Shown here piece after piece: positions 27,882 through 36,947 of a DNA stretch of 64,000 nt (the first letter of the stretch is position 1; the number at the start of each line of letters is the position of its first letter). This stretch comes from Candidatus Sericytochromatia bacterium (GTDB taxonomy: Bacteria; Cyanobacteriota; Sericytochromatia; S15B-MN24; UBA4093): positions 96,001 to 160,000 of the forward strand of contig JAKFBU010000039.1 of NCBI GenBank assembly GCA_036676985.1, in the 5' to 3' direction. The notes under the pieces were generated by a model. It made no database searches. It was not told where the DNA came from and was given only the letters and a program-made list of their open reading frames with translations. The position numbers were made by a program, and so were the translations under genes.

Positions 27882-28946
27882 CTAGCGAATCTCCTGCGGG
27901 ACGGCGAGCGCCATCCGGTCCTTGAGGCCGAAGATGGCCTCGACCGGCGTGGGGTCGACGTCGTTCATGAGGGCGAGGTAGACGCTCACCCAGTCACCGA
28001 GGTAGCTGAGGGACATCTGCCGGCTGAGGGCGTCCGCGCCGTCCGCCACCAGGTCGATCACGTCGTCGAGGCTCGGGCGCATGATGTCCCGGGCGAAGGT
28101 GAGCTGACGGGTCAGGAGGGGCGGATCCTGCGGGTCGCGCAGGATCACCATGACGTGGCCCGGGTGCGGGCGGTGCGCCAGGTTGACGATCTCGTTGTGC
28201 GTGAGCTCCGGGAAGATGCCGAACAGGCACGTGACCTTGCTGTTCTCGTTGAGCTGGGCCTTCCAGCGCATGGCGACCGCCTCGGTCGAGGGATGCACGC
28301 CGAAGACCACGGGCGTCTTGCCCGAGAGCCTGGAGGCGAGCTGCTTGGCCGGGTTCTGGGCCGCTTCGACCGCCAGCAGGTAAGTCTCGCGCTCGCGCTT
28401 GAGCTGGGCGATCGCCGCGGTGGGATCCACCGCGCACCCGGGCAGCTGGCTCAGCAGGCCCAAGAGGGCGAAGTAGAGCTCGCCCAGGGCCGCGCGGGGC
28501 ATCCAGCCCGGCTCGACGGAGACGGTGGGCAGGTTGTGCGCCTCGGCGAGGGCCTTGAACTGGCCGCCCGAGGTGACGAGCACGCAGGGGACCTCTCGCG
28601 CGATCGCGTCCTGCAGGCACCCGAGCGTCTCGGCGGTGTTGCCGGAGTAGGAGAGGAGGATGACCAGGTCCTCGCGGCCGGCCGATGCGGGCAGCCCGCA
28701 GTGGCGCGAGACCAAAAGCGGCACCTCGGAGCGGCCGAAGAACAGGTTGCGGGCCAGATCCCCGCTGATGGCCGAGCCGCCCATGCCGCAGATCAGGACC
28801 TGCCGGGGCCGCGTGGTCGGCAACCGGGTCGCCTGGCCGCGCTCGAAGGCCCCCTGGGCCATGTCGGGCAGGCGGTGCAGGAAACCGAGCATGCCGCCGG
28901 GGTCAGCGGCCGTCAGGCGCGAGGCGTCGTCGAGCAAAGAAGCCAC
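27882..28946 (-). CDS. Bifunctional phosphoglucose/phosphomannose isomerase (SIS)
   Basis: GMGGSAISG, SYSGNTAET, QLNENSK, PELTHNEI and DPTPV. Confidence 0.9.
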   Translation of the reverse strand: MASLLDDASRLTAADPGGMLGFLHRLPDMAQGAFERGQATRLPTTRPRQVLICGMGGSAISGDLARNLFFGRSEVPLLVSRHCGLPASAGREDLVILLSYSGNTAETLGCLQDAIAREVPCVLVTSGGQFKALAEAHNLPTVSVEPGWMPRAALGELYFALLGLLSQLPGCAVDPTAAIAQLKRERETYLLAVEAAQNPAKQLASRLSGKTPVVFGVHPSTEAVAMRWKAQLNENSKVTCLFGIFPELTHNEIVNLAHRPHPGHVMVILRDPQDPPLLTRQLTFARDIMRPSLDDVIDLVADGADALSRQMSLSYLGDWVSVYLALMNDVDPTPVEAIFGLKDRMALAVPQEIR

Positions 28947-29072
28947 GGGAGATCCTCCACTTTCAATGGCGATCGACTCCTGGGTCGGAACTCCCCGTCA
29001 GGGGGCCCGGAGCCGAATCGTTCGAGAGCGCTGAAAGGCTTGCGCGCCCTCGATCATAGCACACGGGCGGCG

Positions 29073-30086
29073 CTACTTCCAAACCGCCCGGAACACGCGT
29101 GCCCAGTTTCCGCCGAGGATCTTCTCGATGCGCTCGGCCGAGTAGCCGCGACTCAGCATCCCCTCTGTGAGGTTCGGCAGGCATCCGACGTGGCTCAGAC
29201 GGGTGGGCGGGGTCGTGATGCCGTCGAAGTCCGAGCCGAGCCCCACGTGGTCGTCGCCCACGAGCCCCACGATGTAATCGATGTGGGCGAGCACGTGCTC
29301 GAGATCCGCCGGCTCCTTGGAGAGGAAGCCCGGCACGAAGGTGACGCCGACCAGACCGCCGCGATCGGCGATCGCCTTGATCTGATCGTCGCGCAGGTTG
29401 CGCCCGTGGGCGTGCAGGGCGTGGGCGTTGGCATGGGTCGCGACCACCGGGCCCTCCGAGCACTCGAGCGCGTCCCAGAAGCCGGGCTCGGCGATGTGCG
29501 CGAGGTCGAGGACCACTCCCAGCTCCTGCATGCGCGCGACCAGCTCGCGGCCGAGCTCCGTCAGGCCCGACGGCCGCGGCCCCACCCGCAGGCCGTCGGC
29601 GAAGGCGTTGCGGCCGTTCCATGTGAGCCCGATCATGCGCACGCCGAGGCGATAGAAGACCTCCAGGAGGCTCACGTCGTCCACCAGCGGATCGGCCCCC
29701 TCGAAGGAGAAGACGAAGCCGGGGCGCGTGGGGTCGAGGTCGGCCACCGAGGTGATCTGGCGCAGGTCCGGGCAGTCGCGCTGCATGTCGAGGAAGGCCG
29801 CGATGAGCTTGAGGGCCCGGTGCAGGGCGCGCTCGCCCTGGTACTCGGGCGGGGTCCACAGGGAGAAGACCTGCGCGTTGATCCGTGCCTCCTTGAGGCG
29901 GGGCAGATCGATGTGGTAGTCGGGCGCCGACTCCGTGAGCGGCAGGCCCTCGTTGAGGACCCGGTCCAGGGTGTCGGCATGGCCGTCGATGACCAGACAG
30001 CGCTCATGGAGGGCGCGAGCCTCGGCGGCGAGGCCGGTCTGCGGCTGGGACGGGGCGGGGGTGGCGGCCTGTGGAACCAAGATCAC
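29073..30086 (-). CDS. Membrane dipeptidase (peptidase M19)
   Basis: IDGHAD, FEGA, LTWN, THAN, GLGSDFDG and KILGGN. Confidence 0.9.
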   Translation of the reverse strand: MILVPQAATPAPSQPQTGLAAEARALHERCLVIDGHADTLDRVLNEGLPLTESAPDYHIDLPRLKEARINAQVFSLWTPPEYQGERALHRALKLIAAFLDMQRDCPDLRQITSVADLDPTRPGFVFSFEGADPLVDDVSLLEVFYRLGVRMIGLTWNGRNAFADGLRVGPRPSGLTELGRELVARMQELGVVLDLAHIAEPGFWDALECSEGPVVATHANAHALHAHGRNLRDDQIKAIADRGGLVGVTFVPGFLSKEPADLEHVLAHIDYIVGLVGDDHVGLGSDFDGITTPPTRLSHVGCLPNLTEGMLSRGYSAERIEKILGGNWARVFRAVWK

Positions 30087-30321
30087 GTTACCTCGTGTGG
30101 GGGGAAGGGCCGTGGCATTGTACCACGCTCGCCCGGCCCAAACTCCCGCTCGATCCTGATGGGGCGGACCTTCCGGGGCACCGGCGTCATCCCCCTGCCA
30201 TCGCCCTGCGCACGGCCCGAGGCGATGCCTCGCCGGGTCCCCCCGCTCGCCGAACAATCCTCCCAGGCCCTTACAACCGTACCAGGGAGCGTTGTGTCCA
30301 AACTTTTCGGGTGTTAACGTC

Positions 30322-30339
30322 TTTACAAACCTTTACATC
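30322..30339 (+). promoter_or_regulatory. HLR1/OmpR-type direct repeat (TTTACAAA-CC-TTTACATC)
   Basis: 10-bp-period repeat about 40 bp upstream of an outer-membrane protein gene. Confidence 0.5.
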
Positions 30340-30380
30340 CTTGGGGGGATGTTCGCAGGGATCGGCAAGGAGGAAACGCG

Positions 30381-31235
30381 ATGCTTGGGAAGAATCTGCT
30401 CGCCCTGGGGCTGGCCGGGACCCTGACCGTGGGCCTGGCTGAGACCGCCAACGCCCAGATGCGGACCTCGACCAGCACGGTCGCGGTGCCCGTGGTGTCG
30501 GTGGCTCAGCAGGCAGGCCCCACCCGGATCTACTCGGTTCCCCGTGCGGACGTGCTCGGAGCGGGTACCAACCTCATGAGCCTCAATCTGGGTATCGGGG
30601 GGATCGGCATCGCGCCGGCCCCGGTGGGCGTCGGCATCTCCTCGGTGGCCGGCAACAACCTGAACCTGCGGGCCGACATGGGGATGTCGCCGGGCTTCGA
30701 GCTCGGCACGGGGATCGGCGTCATTGCGACCGCTCCCTGGCGCGGCCGCCTCGATCTGAGCGGTAAGTGGGCCTGGATGCAGGAAGGGGCCGCCATCGCG
30801 AGCATCGCGGGCCTGGCGGGCGGCGTCCTCGAGATCGACGCCAACGGCAACCCCAGCCTCGGCCTGCAGGTCGGTATCCCGATCTCGAAGATGTTCCCGT
30901 TCGGCGCGGGCCAGATGCTCGGCCTGAACCTGGTGCCGACCTGGAACCTCGGCCTCCTCAACACCGCGGCCGCGGTGGGGGCGACCGGACCCTTCAACTT
31001 CTTCGGCCTGGGCATGGGCGCGGACCTGTTGCTCATCCCCAACCTGCACCTGTTGGCCGACACCAACCTCGGCTTCCCCGTGGTGGGCATTAACACCCAG
31101 TCCGCGCTGGGCGTCCGCTACGACTTCAGCCGCGACCTGACGGGCGACCTTTACGTGGGCTTCGCCTCGGGCCAGAACCTGGGCCTCGGCGGGGGCGTCT
31201 CCTCGCTGGGCGTGGGGAGCAGCTGGCGCTTCTAG
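30381..31235 (+). CDS. Gly-rich outer-membrane beta-barrel protein
   Basis: Signal peptide ending ANA; alternating strands; C-terminal WRF. Confidence 0.7.
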   Translation: MLGKNLLALGLAGTLTVGLAETANAQMRTSTSTVAVPVVSVAQQAGPTRIYSVPRADVLGAGTNLMSLNLGIGGIGIAPAPVGVGISSVAGNNLNLRADMGMSPGFELGTGIGVIATAPWRGRLDLSGKWAWMQEGAAIASIAGLAGGVLEIDANGNPSLGLQVGIPISKMFPFGAGQMLGLNLVPTWNLGLLNTAAAVGATGPFNFFGLGMGADLLLIPNLHLLADTNLGFPVVGINTQSALGVRYDFSRDLTGDLYVGFASGQNLGLGGGVSSLGVGSSWRF

Positions 31236-31255
31236 TCACCGATCGATCCAACGAC

Positions 31256-31291
31256 TTCGCCGCCGGGCTCGTCCCGGCGGCGAATTTTCTT
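31256..31291 (+). terminator. Rho-independent terminator
   Basis: 12-bp GC stem followed by TTTTCTT. Confidence 0.75.
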
Positions 31292-31415
31292 GGCGTTACC
31301 GAGCATTGACGCCGCTTGTCCGCCGTGATAAACCCATTACAGCGCAATGCGGCTCGTGGGGCCGGATCCCTCAAGTTTCGCCCCCGCGATGCCGATGCTG
31401 AAACTGATTTAACTC

Positions 31416-31525
31416 GGCCTCACGGCCCAAAAACTGAATAGTAAGCTTATCGCGCCTTGCGGCGCCGGAAAGCTTAAGTTGTAGTCGGTGGCCTCACGGC
31501 CAAAAAATTGAATAGTAAGCTTATC
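31416..31525 (+). repeat. 36-bp direct repeat (31416-31451 and 31490-31525, 34/36 identical) in the metK leader
   Basis: GGCCTCACGGCC(C/A)AAAAA(C/T)TGAATAGTAAGCTTATC occurs twice. Confidence 0.85.
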
Positions 31526-31675
31526 AAGAGACGGCGGAGGGACTGGCCCGATGATGCCCGGCAACCGGCGCGATGCGTGCGGTGCCAATTCCTGCGAGGG
31601 GTAACCCTCGGGAGATGAGCGAGTCGAGCGATCGCCTCTTGCCCTCTTGATTCATCGGCAAGCGGGCTTTTTTTA
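31519..31675 (+). ncRNA. SAM-I (S-box) riboswitch with terminator-type expression platform
   Basis: CTTATCAAGAG..GGAGGGACTGGCCCGATGA..CCCGGCAACC..GGTGCCAATTCC..GATGAG, then a hairpin and T-run, upstream of metK. Confidence 0.95.
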
Positions 31676-31698
31676 TGGCCCAGCAGGAAGGAGCTCCC

Positions 31699-32916
31699 AT
31701 GACCCAGCGCCGTCGTCTGTTTACGTCGGAGTCCGTGACGGAAGGGCACCCCGACAAGATCTGCGACCAGATCTCCGACGCCATCCTCGATGCGATCCTG
31801 GCCCAGGATCCCATGGGCCGCGTGGCCTGTGAAACGACCGTCACGACCGGCCTGGTGCTGGTGGCCGGCGAGATCACGACCACGGCCAACCTGGACATCC
31901 CGGACCTGGTCCGCAAGACCGTCCGCTCCATCGGCTACGACCGCGCCAAGTACGGCTTCGACGCCGACACCGCGGGCGTGCTCGTGGCGCTCGGCAAGCA
32001 GTCGCCCGACATCGCGGCGGCCGTCGACCGCGCCTGGGAGCTGCGCGGCGGCCTCTCGGACGCCGAGGTGGACGCCAAGATCGACGCCATCGGCGCCGGC
32101 GACCAGGGCCTCATGTTCGGCTACGCCTGCAACGAGACCCCCGAGCTCATGCCCCTGCCCATCGCCCTGGCGCACCGCCTGGCCCGCCAGCTCACCGAGG
32201 TCCGCAAGAACGGCACCCTCAGCTACCTGCGCCCCGACGGCAAGACCCAGGTCACCGTCGAGTACGACGGCCTCACGCCGGTCCGGGTCGACACCATCCT
32301 CATCTCGACCCAGCATGCTCCCGAGGTCACCCAGGAGCAGATCGAGCGCGACCTCATCCAGTACGTGATCAAGCCGGTGGTCGAGGAGCAGCTCCTCAAG
32401 GACACCCGCTTCCTCATCAACCCGTCCGGCCGCTTCGTCGTGGGCGGCCCCATGGGGGATGCGGGCCTCACGGGCCGCAAGATCATCGTCGACACCTACG
32501 GCGGCTACGCCCGCCACGGCGGCGGCGCCTTCTCGGGCAAGGATCCCACGAAGGTCGACCGCTCGGCCGCCTACGCCGCGCGCTACGTCGCCAAGAACGT
32601 GGTAGCCGCGGGTCTCGCCGACCGCTGTGAGGTCCAGGTTTCCTACGCCATCGGCGTGGCGCGTCCCACCTCGGTGATGGTCGACTGCCAGGGCACCAAC
32701 CGGATCCCCGAGGAGCGCATCGAGGAGCTCATCAAGGAGCACTTCGACCTGCGTCCCGCGGGCATCATCCGCGCCCTGGACCTGCGCCGGCCCATCTACC
32801 GCCAGACGGCCGCCTACGGTCACTTCGGCCGCCTCGACCTCGACCTGCCGTGGGAGCGCACGGACAAGGCCGAGACCCTCAAGAGGGCGCTCAACGGGGC
32901 GGCTGCCCTCGCGTAG
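31699..32916 (+). CDS. metK: S-adenosylmethionine synthetase
   Basis: [19 protein letters not shown] and GGGAFSGKD. Confidence 0.98.
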   Translation: MTQRRRLFTSESVTEGHPDKICDQISDAILDAILAQDPMGRVACETTVTTGLVLVAGEITTTANLDIPDLVRKTVRSIGYDRAKYGFDADTAGVLVALGKQSPDIAAAVDRAWELRGGLSDAEVDAKIDAIGAGDQGLMFGYACNETPELMPLPIALAHRLARQLTEVRKNGTLSYLRPDGKTQVTVEYDGLTPVRVDTILISTQHAPEVTQEQIERDLIQYVIKPVVEEQLLKDTRFLINPSGRFVVGGPMGDAGLTGRKIIVDTYGGYARHGGGAFSGKDPTKVDRSAAYAARYVAKNVVAAGLADRCEVQVSYAIGVARPTSVMVDCQGTNRIPEERIEELIKEHFDLRPAGIIRALDLRRPIYRQTAAYGHFGRLDLDLPWERTDKAETLKRALNGAAALA

Positions 32917-32966
32917 ACCGCCCCACCTCCGAGACCGCCGGGACCGCATGGTCCCGGCGGTCTTCC

Positions 32967-32995
32967 TTGATCAGTGGGGCACGCGTCCCTATAAT
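32967..32995 (+). promoter_or_regulatory. Sigma70 promoter TTGATC-N17-TATAAT, probably giving a leaderless mRNA
   Basis: TATAAT ends 6 nt before ATG 33002; no RBS. Confidence 0.65.
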
Positions 32996-33001
32996 TGCGG
33001 C

Positions 33002-34195
33002 ATGTCAAAGCATCGTTCGCGCCCCGGCGTCTTTGCCGTCCGCTCTTGGGCCTGCGGCCTCGCGCTCCTCGTCACCCTGCTGGTCACCCCCGCATGGGGC
33101 GCCGAGGCCGTCGTGCGGCTCGAGTACTCCCCCATCGCGCCCGTGGGCGACGTTCGCGCCCTGCAGAGCCTCGCCTCCGACGAGTGGCTCGGCAGCCTCT
33201 ACGTGGCCTTCCCCGAGGACCTGCGTCCCAAGATCCAGCTCGTCTCCCTGGAGAACCTCGAGCACGGCGTCGCCTTCCGGATCGACGTGGCCGGCAGCGA
33301 GGCGGACCGCGCGCGGGCCGTGGCGATCGCCCGCGACCGGATCGCGGCCCTGGTCCAGGACGCCTCCCTCAGCTACGCCTACAACCTGACGACTCCGGGC
33401 GAGCCCGCCCCCCAGGCCCCGACGCCCGTGGATCCCACGCCGTTTTGGGTGGCGGGGGTGGTGGCCGTCTCGGCCCTGGCGCTCACGATCCTGCTCGTCG
33501 TCCAGCGGCGCCTCTTCCTCTCCTTGCCCCAGTTCCACGGCCTGCCCGTGCTCGGCATCCTGCCCGCGGGCATCGGCATGGGCGGCCGCTTCCTGGAGCT
33601 GCAGAGCCCTCCTAGCCAAGCGCTCGGCGTGTTCTTCCGGCGCCTGCTCGCCAAGCTGTCGCCCGGAGCGCGCGAGGCGGCCGTCTTCTCCCTGAGCAAC
33701 CTCGAGGCGAGCGCGGCGGTCACGGCGTGCCTCGCGATCGCCCTGTTGCGCGAGCGGGGACGGGTGCTGGTGGTGGATCTGGCGGGCGAGGACAGCAGCC
33801 TGCCCGCCATCCTCGAGGAGACGGACGACGCCGGCGAGTTCCCCATCGAGGGCACGCTGCGCGCGACCTCCATCTCGGACCTGGACCTGCTCACGGGCCT
33901 CAAGCCCCTGGGCTCACGCCGCCCGCCCCTGCCGCAGGAGCTGCTCGCGCGCTACCGGTGGGTCCTCTACCACGTGCCGCTTGCCGAGCCGCTCGAGCGG
34001 ACGCGGCACCTCCTGGTCCTGAGCACGGGCGAGGGCCGCAAGGAGGCCATGCGCGGCCGCTTCCTCGCCTGGTGGCGCCAGGCTAGCCTGCTCGGCACCG
34101 TGCTCGTGGGCGTCGAGGTCCCGCCGCGCATGCGCGACAGCTTCATGGCCCGCTTCTACTTCGAGAAGCTGCAGGCCCAAGAGGTCTCCGCGTGA
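33002..34195 (+). CDS. Degenerate Wzc-like membrane protein with an inactivated P-loop
   Basis: Periplasmic part, TM, LPVLGILP, then SLSNLEASAAVTACLA in place of Walker A and RVLVVD. Confidence 0.6.
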   Translation: MSKHRSRPGVFAVRSWACGLALLVTLLVTPAWGAEAVVRLEYSPIAPVGDVRALQSLASDEWLGSLYVAFPEDLRPKIQLVSLENLEHGVAFRIDVAGSEADRARAVAIARDRIAALVQDASLSYAYNLTTPGEPAPQAPTPVDPTPFWVAGVVAVSALALTILLVVQRRLFLSLPQFHGLPVLGILPAGIGMGGRFLELQSPPSQALGVFFRRLLAKLSPGAREAAVFSLSNLEASAAVTACLAIALLRERGRVLVVDLAGEDSSLPAILEETDDAGEFPIEGTLRATSISDLDLLTGLKPLGSRRPPLPQELLARYRWVLYHVPLAEPLERTRHLLVLSTGEGRKEAMRGRFLAWWRQASLLGTVLVGVEVPPRMRDSFMARFYFEKLQAQEVSA

Positions 34196-34845
34196 TCGGG
34201 GCCGCGCTCGCGCTCGCGGCCCTCAACCCCGTCCTCCTGGTGCATGGGATCGACGACACGGCGAGCGTGTTCGACGCCATGCGGCCGCGCCTGGAGGCGG
34301 CGGGCTTCCAGGTGGAGGCCTTCGACATGGTCCCGAGCAACGGGGATGCGAGCCTCGCGGTGCTCGCGCTCCAGATCCGGGATCGGGTGGAGGCCATGCG
34401 CCGGCGCACGGGCGCCGAGCGGGTGGACGTGGTGGCCTTCAGCCTCGGGGGGATCGCCTCGCGCTACTACCTGCAACGCCTCGGCGGGGCCGCGCGCGTG
34501 CAGCGCTTCGTCACCATCTCGAGCCCGCACCACGGCACGCTGACGGGCTACATCCGGAACAACCCGGGGGCCACCGAGCTGCGCATCGGCAGCGCGTTCC
34601 TCGCGGACCTCGACCGGGACTGGGAGGCGACCGCCAAGCAGGTCCAGGTGACGAGCATCTGGACGCCCTTCGATCTGATGATCGTGCCCTCCATGAGCTC
34701 GCGCCTCAAAGGGGCGACGGAGGTCTTGCTGCCGGTGGCCCTGCATCCGTGGATGCTCAAGGACGCGGGCTGCGCCCAGGCCGTCGCGGCGGCCCTGCGG
34801 CAGGATCAGTCCTCTTCCGAGTCCTCGAAGTCGTCGTCCAGGTAG
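34192..34845 (+). CDS. Small lipase/esterase (alpha/beta hydrolase)
   Basis: PVLLVHG, nucleophile elbow AFSLG, SSPHHGT, D-LMIVP and H-PWM. Confidence 0.88.
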   Translation: MIGAALALAALNPVLLVHGIDDTASVFDAMRPRLEAAGFQVEAFDMVPSNGDASLAVLALQIRDRVEAMRRRTGAERVDVVAFSLGGIASRYYLQRLGGAARVQRFVTISSPHHGTLTGYIRNNPGATELRIGSAFLADLDRDWEATAKQVQVTSIWTPFDLMIVPSMSSRLKGATEVLLPVALHPWMLKDAGCAQAVAAALRQDQSSSESSKSSSR

Positions 34846-35261
34846 ACCTCGGCGAAGGACTCGCCGAACAGGCGGTCCAGGGCGCCGCGCCGGACGCCCG
34901 CGGGCTCCGCGCCCCCGAGCACGGGGCTCTCCAGGGGGTCCGAGAGCGGAATGAGGCGCAGGGTGAGGCCGTCGGAGACCAGATCGACCCAGGCGCCGCC
35001 GGCCTCGTCGGTGCCGAGCTGCATGTAGTCGAAGGCGTTGACGTTGAGGTAGAGGCGCTTGTTGAGGATGACGGTGGCCGAGCGATCGCTCGCCGCCACG
35101 TGCACGATGAGCCCCTCGCCCTGGCGGCGCAGCTGATCGTCGCGCCACTCCTGGTAGCGGACTTGACCCAGATCGCGCAGGATGCGCACCATGTCCTTGT
35201 GCTGGACGAGGACGCCCTCGTCCACGATGCACTGGAGCTGGTTGGGGTCGCGGCTGTCCAC
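34806..35261 (-). CDS. Conserved hypothetical protein with acidic tail, resembling a cyanobacterial family
   Basis: Strong RBS AGGAGAGGAG before GTG 35261; CIVDEG..DMVRILRDLGQVRY, LYLNV..FDY and LRLIPL recalled from cyanobacterial proteins. Confidence 0.7.
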   Translation of the reverse strand: MDSRDPNQLQCIVDEGVLVQHKDMVRILRDLGQVRYQEWRDDQLRRQGEGLIVHVAASDRSATVILNKRLYLNVNAFDYMQLGTDEAGGAWVDLVSDGLTLRLIPLSDPLESPVLGGAEPAGVRRGALDRLFGESFAEVYLDDDFEDSEED

Positions 35262-35446
35262 TCCTCTCCTCCCTTCCTGGGTTCCAAAGGGTGGCGACGC
35301 GGGCACATGGAGGGGCTGTGGGTGCGATCGCCGCGTCTCGCCTGGGCTCGACGCCATCGGGTTCCCGGATTATAGCACCGTGACGCCCAGCGGGCTTAAA
35401 GAATCGTAAAGAGAGCAACCGTCCCTGTTTCATCCCCGGAGGTCCC

Positions 35447-35644
35447 ATGTACCGCTTGCTGCTGATCCTACCGCTCGCCCTCGGAGCCTGTCAGAAGGCC
35501 ACTCCGCAGGCCAGCACCACCCGCCCCCACGAGGCCGAGCGCATCCGCACCCTCACGCACGACGAGGACCTCGCGGCCCCCAAGGGGGAGGCCGACTGGT
35601 CCAAGCTCGTGCCCGCGGCCTCCCAAAGCCCCGCCGCCCGCTAA
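35447..35644 (+). CDS. Small lipoprotein
   Basis: GGAGG RBS; lipobox LGAC. Confidence 0.65.
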   Translation: MYRLLLILPLALGACQKATPQASTTRPHEAERIRTLTHDEDLAAPKGEADWSKLVPAASQSPAAR

Positions 35645-35806
35645 TCTAGGCCCCTCGACAGGCACCGGACCGAGGCTGTCCCTGCTTGTCCTCTTCTGGT
35701 ACACTAGAGCAAGGAATAGCAGGTGAAAAACGGCTTCTTGACGGCTTTCACCCCCTGTCTCGCTGCACTCGCTCCGTTCGGAGCGCACACCATAAGGAAG
35801 AGTTCC

Positions 35807-36889
35807 ATGGCCAAGACGATGACGGCCAACCAGGGCGTGGCGCCCCCCGCGATCCCTGAGACCATGCAGGCGGTCGTCAAGACCCGCCCGGAGCGGGGCG
35901 CGACGCTCGTCACGACGGCCGTTCCCACCATCCGCCCCGACGAGGTGCTGGTCCGGGTCCAGGCGACGACGGTCTGCGGCACCGACCTCCACCTCTTCAC
36001 CTGGGATCCCTGGTCGGCGGGCCGCGTGAAGCCGCCCCTCATCATCGGGCACGAGCTCGCGGGCGAGGTCGTGGCGGTGGGCGCGGACGTCACGACCGCC
36101 CGGATCGGCGACTACGTCTCGGCCGAGACCCACGTGGTCTGCGGCCACTGCTACCAGTGCCGCACGGGCCAGGCCCACGTCTGCGCCAACACCCGGATCC
36201 TGGGCGTGGACATCCCGGGCTGCTTCGCCGAGTACGTGGCGGTGCCGGCGGCCAACCTCTGGAAGAACGACGCAAGCCTCCCCCTGGAGTGGGCGCCGGT
36301 CCAGGAGCCCCTCGGCAACGCCGTGCACACGGTGCTCGCCGGAGACGTGGCCGGCCGGACGGTCGTCATCAACGGCTGCGGCCCCATCGGCATCCTCGCC
36401 TGCGGCGTGGCCAAGGCGGCGGGCGCGGGGGCCGTCATCGCCATCGACCTCAACGCCTACCGCCTCGATCTGGCCCGCCAGCTGGGCGCGACCGTGACCA
36501 TCAAGGCCGACGAGGAGGACGCCGTGGCACGGGTCCTCCAGGAAGTGCCGGGCGGCGTGGACGTCGTCTGCGAGATGTCCGGGCACCCGCAGGCCATGCG
36601 CGACGCCTTCAAGATGGTGCGCGCGGGCGGCCGCTACTCGATCCTGGGCATCCCCGGCAAGCCGGTGGAGCTGGACGTGGCCAACGACATCGTCATGCGC
36701 GGCGTGACGGTGCAGGGCATCACGGGCCGGCGCATGATGGACACCTGGTACCAGGTGGCCAACTTGCTGAACTCGCGCCAGCTGGATCTGGCGCCCATGA
36801 TCACCCACCGCATGCCGCTCGCCGACTTCGAGGCGGCTATGGAGCTGATGCTCTCGGGCAACTGCGGCAAGATCGTCCTGACCCCCTAA
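35807..36889 (+). CDS. tdh: L-threonine 3-dehydrogenase
   Basis: CGTDLH, GHE, SAETH..CGHCYQC, GCGPIG and GITGR; adjacent to kbl. Confidence 0.93.
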   Translation: MAKTMTANQGVAPPAIPETMQAVVKTRPERGATLVTTAVPTIRPDEVLVRVQATTVCGTDLHLFTWDPWSAGRVKPPLIIGHELAGEVVAVGADVTTARIGDYVSAETHVVCGHCYQCRTGQAHVCANTRILGVDIPGCFAEYVAVPAANLWKNDASLPLEWAPVQEPLGNAVHTVLAGDVAGRTVVINGCGPIGILACGVAKAAGAGAVIAIDLNAYRLDLARQLGATVTIKADEEDAVARVLQEVPGGVDVVCEMSGHPQAMRDAFKMVRAGGRYSILGIPGKPVELDVANDIVMRGVTVQGITGRRMMDTWYQVANLLNSRQLDLAPMITHRMPLADFEAAMELMLSGNCGKIVLTP

Positions 36890-36947
36890 GATTTGCCAAG
36901 GCGAGCCTCCGGGCTCGCCTTTCGTCATGACACGCAAGGAGTCCACC

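Noticed and set aside
27720-30317. 865-aa plus-strand ORF, and similar long ORFs at 61288-63204 and 61592-63631
   Set aside because: Shadow or off-frame ORFs overlapping clearly identifiable genes, with no recognisable motifs.
31416-31525. 36-bp repeat with 38-bp spacer as a minimal CRISPR array
   Set aside because: Only two copies, no cas genes, and the second copy runs directly into the SAM-I P1 strand.
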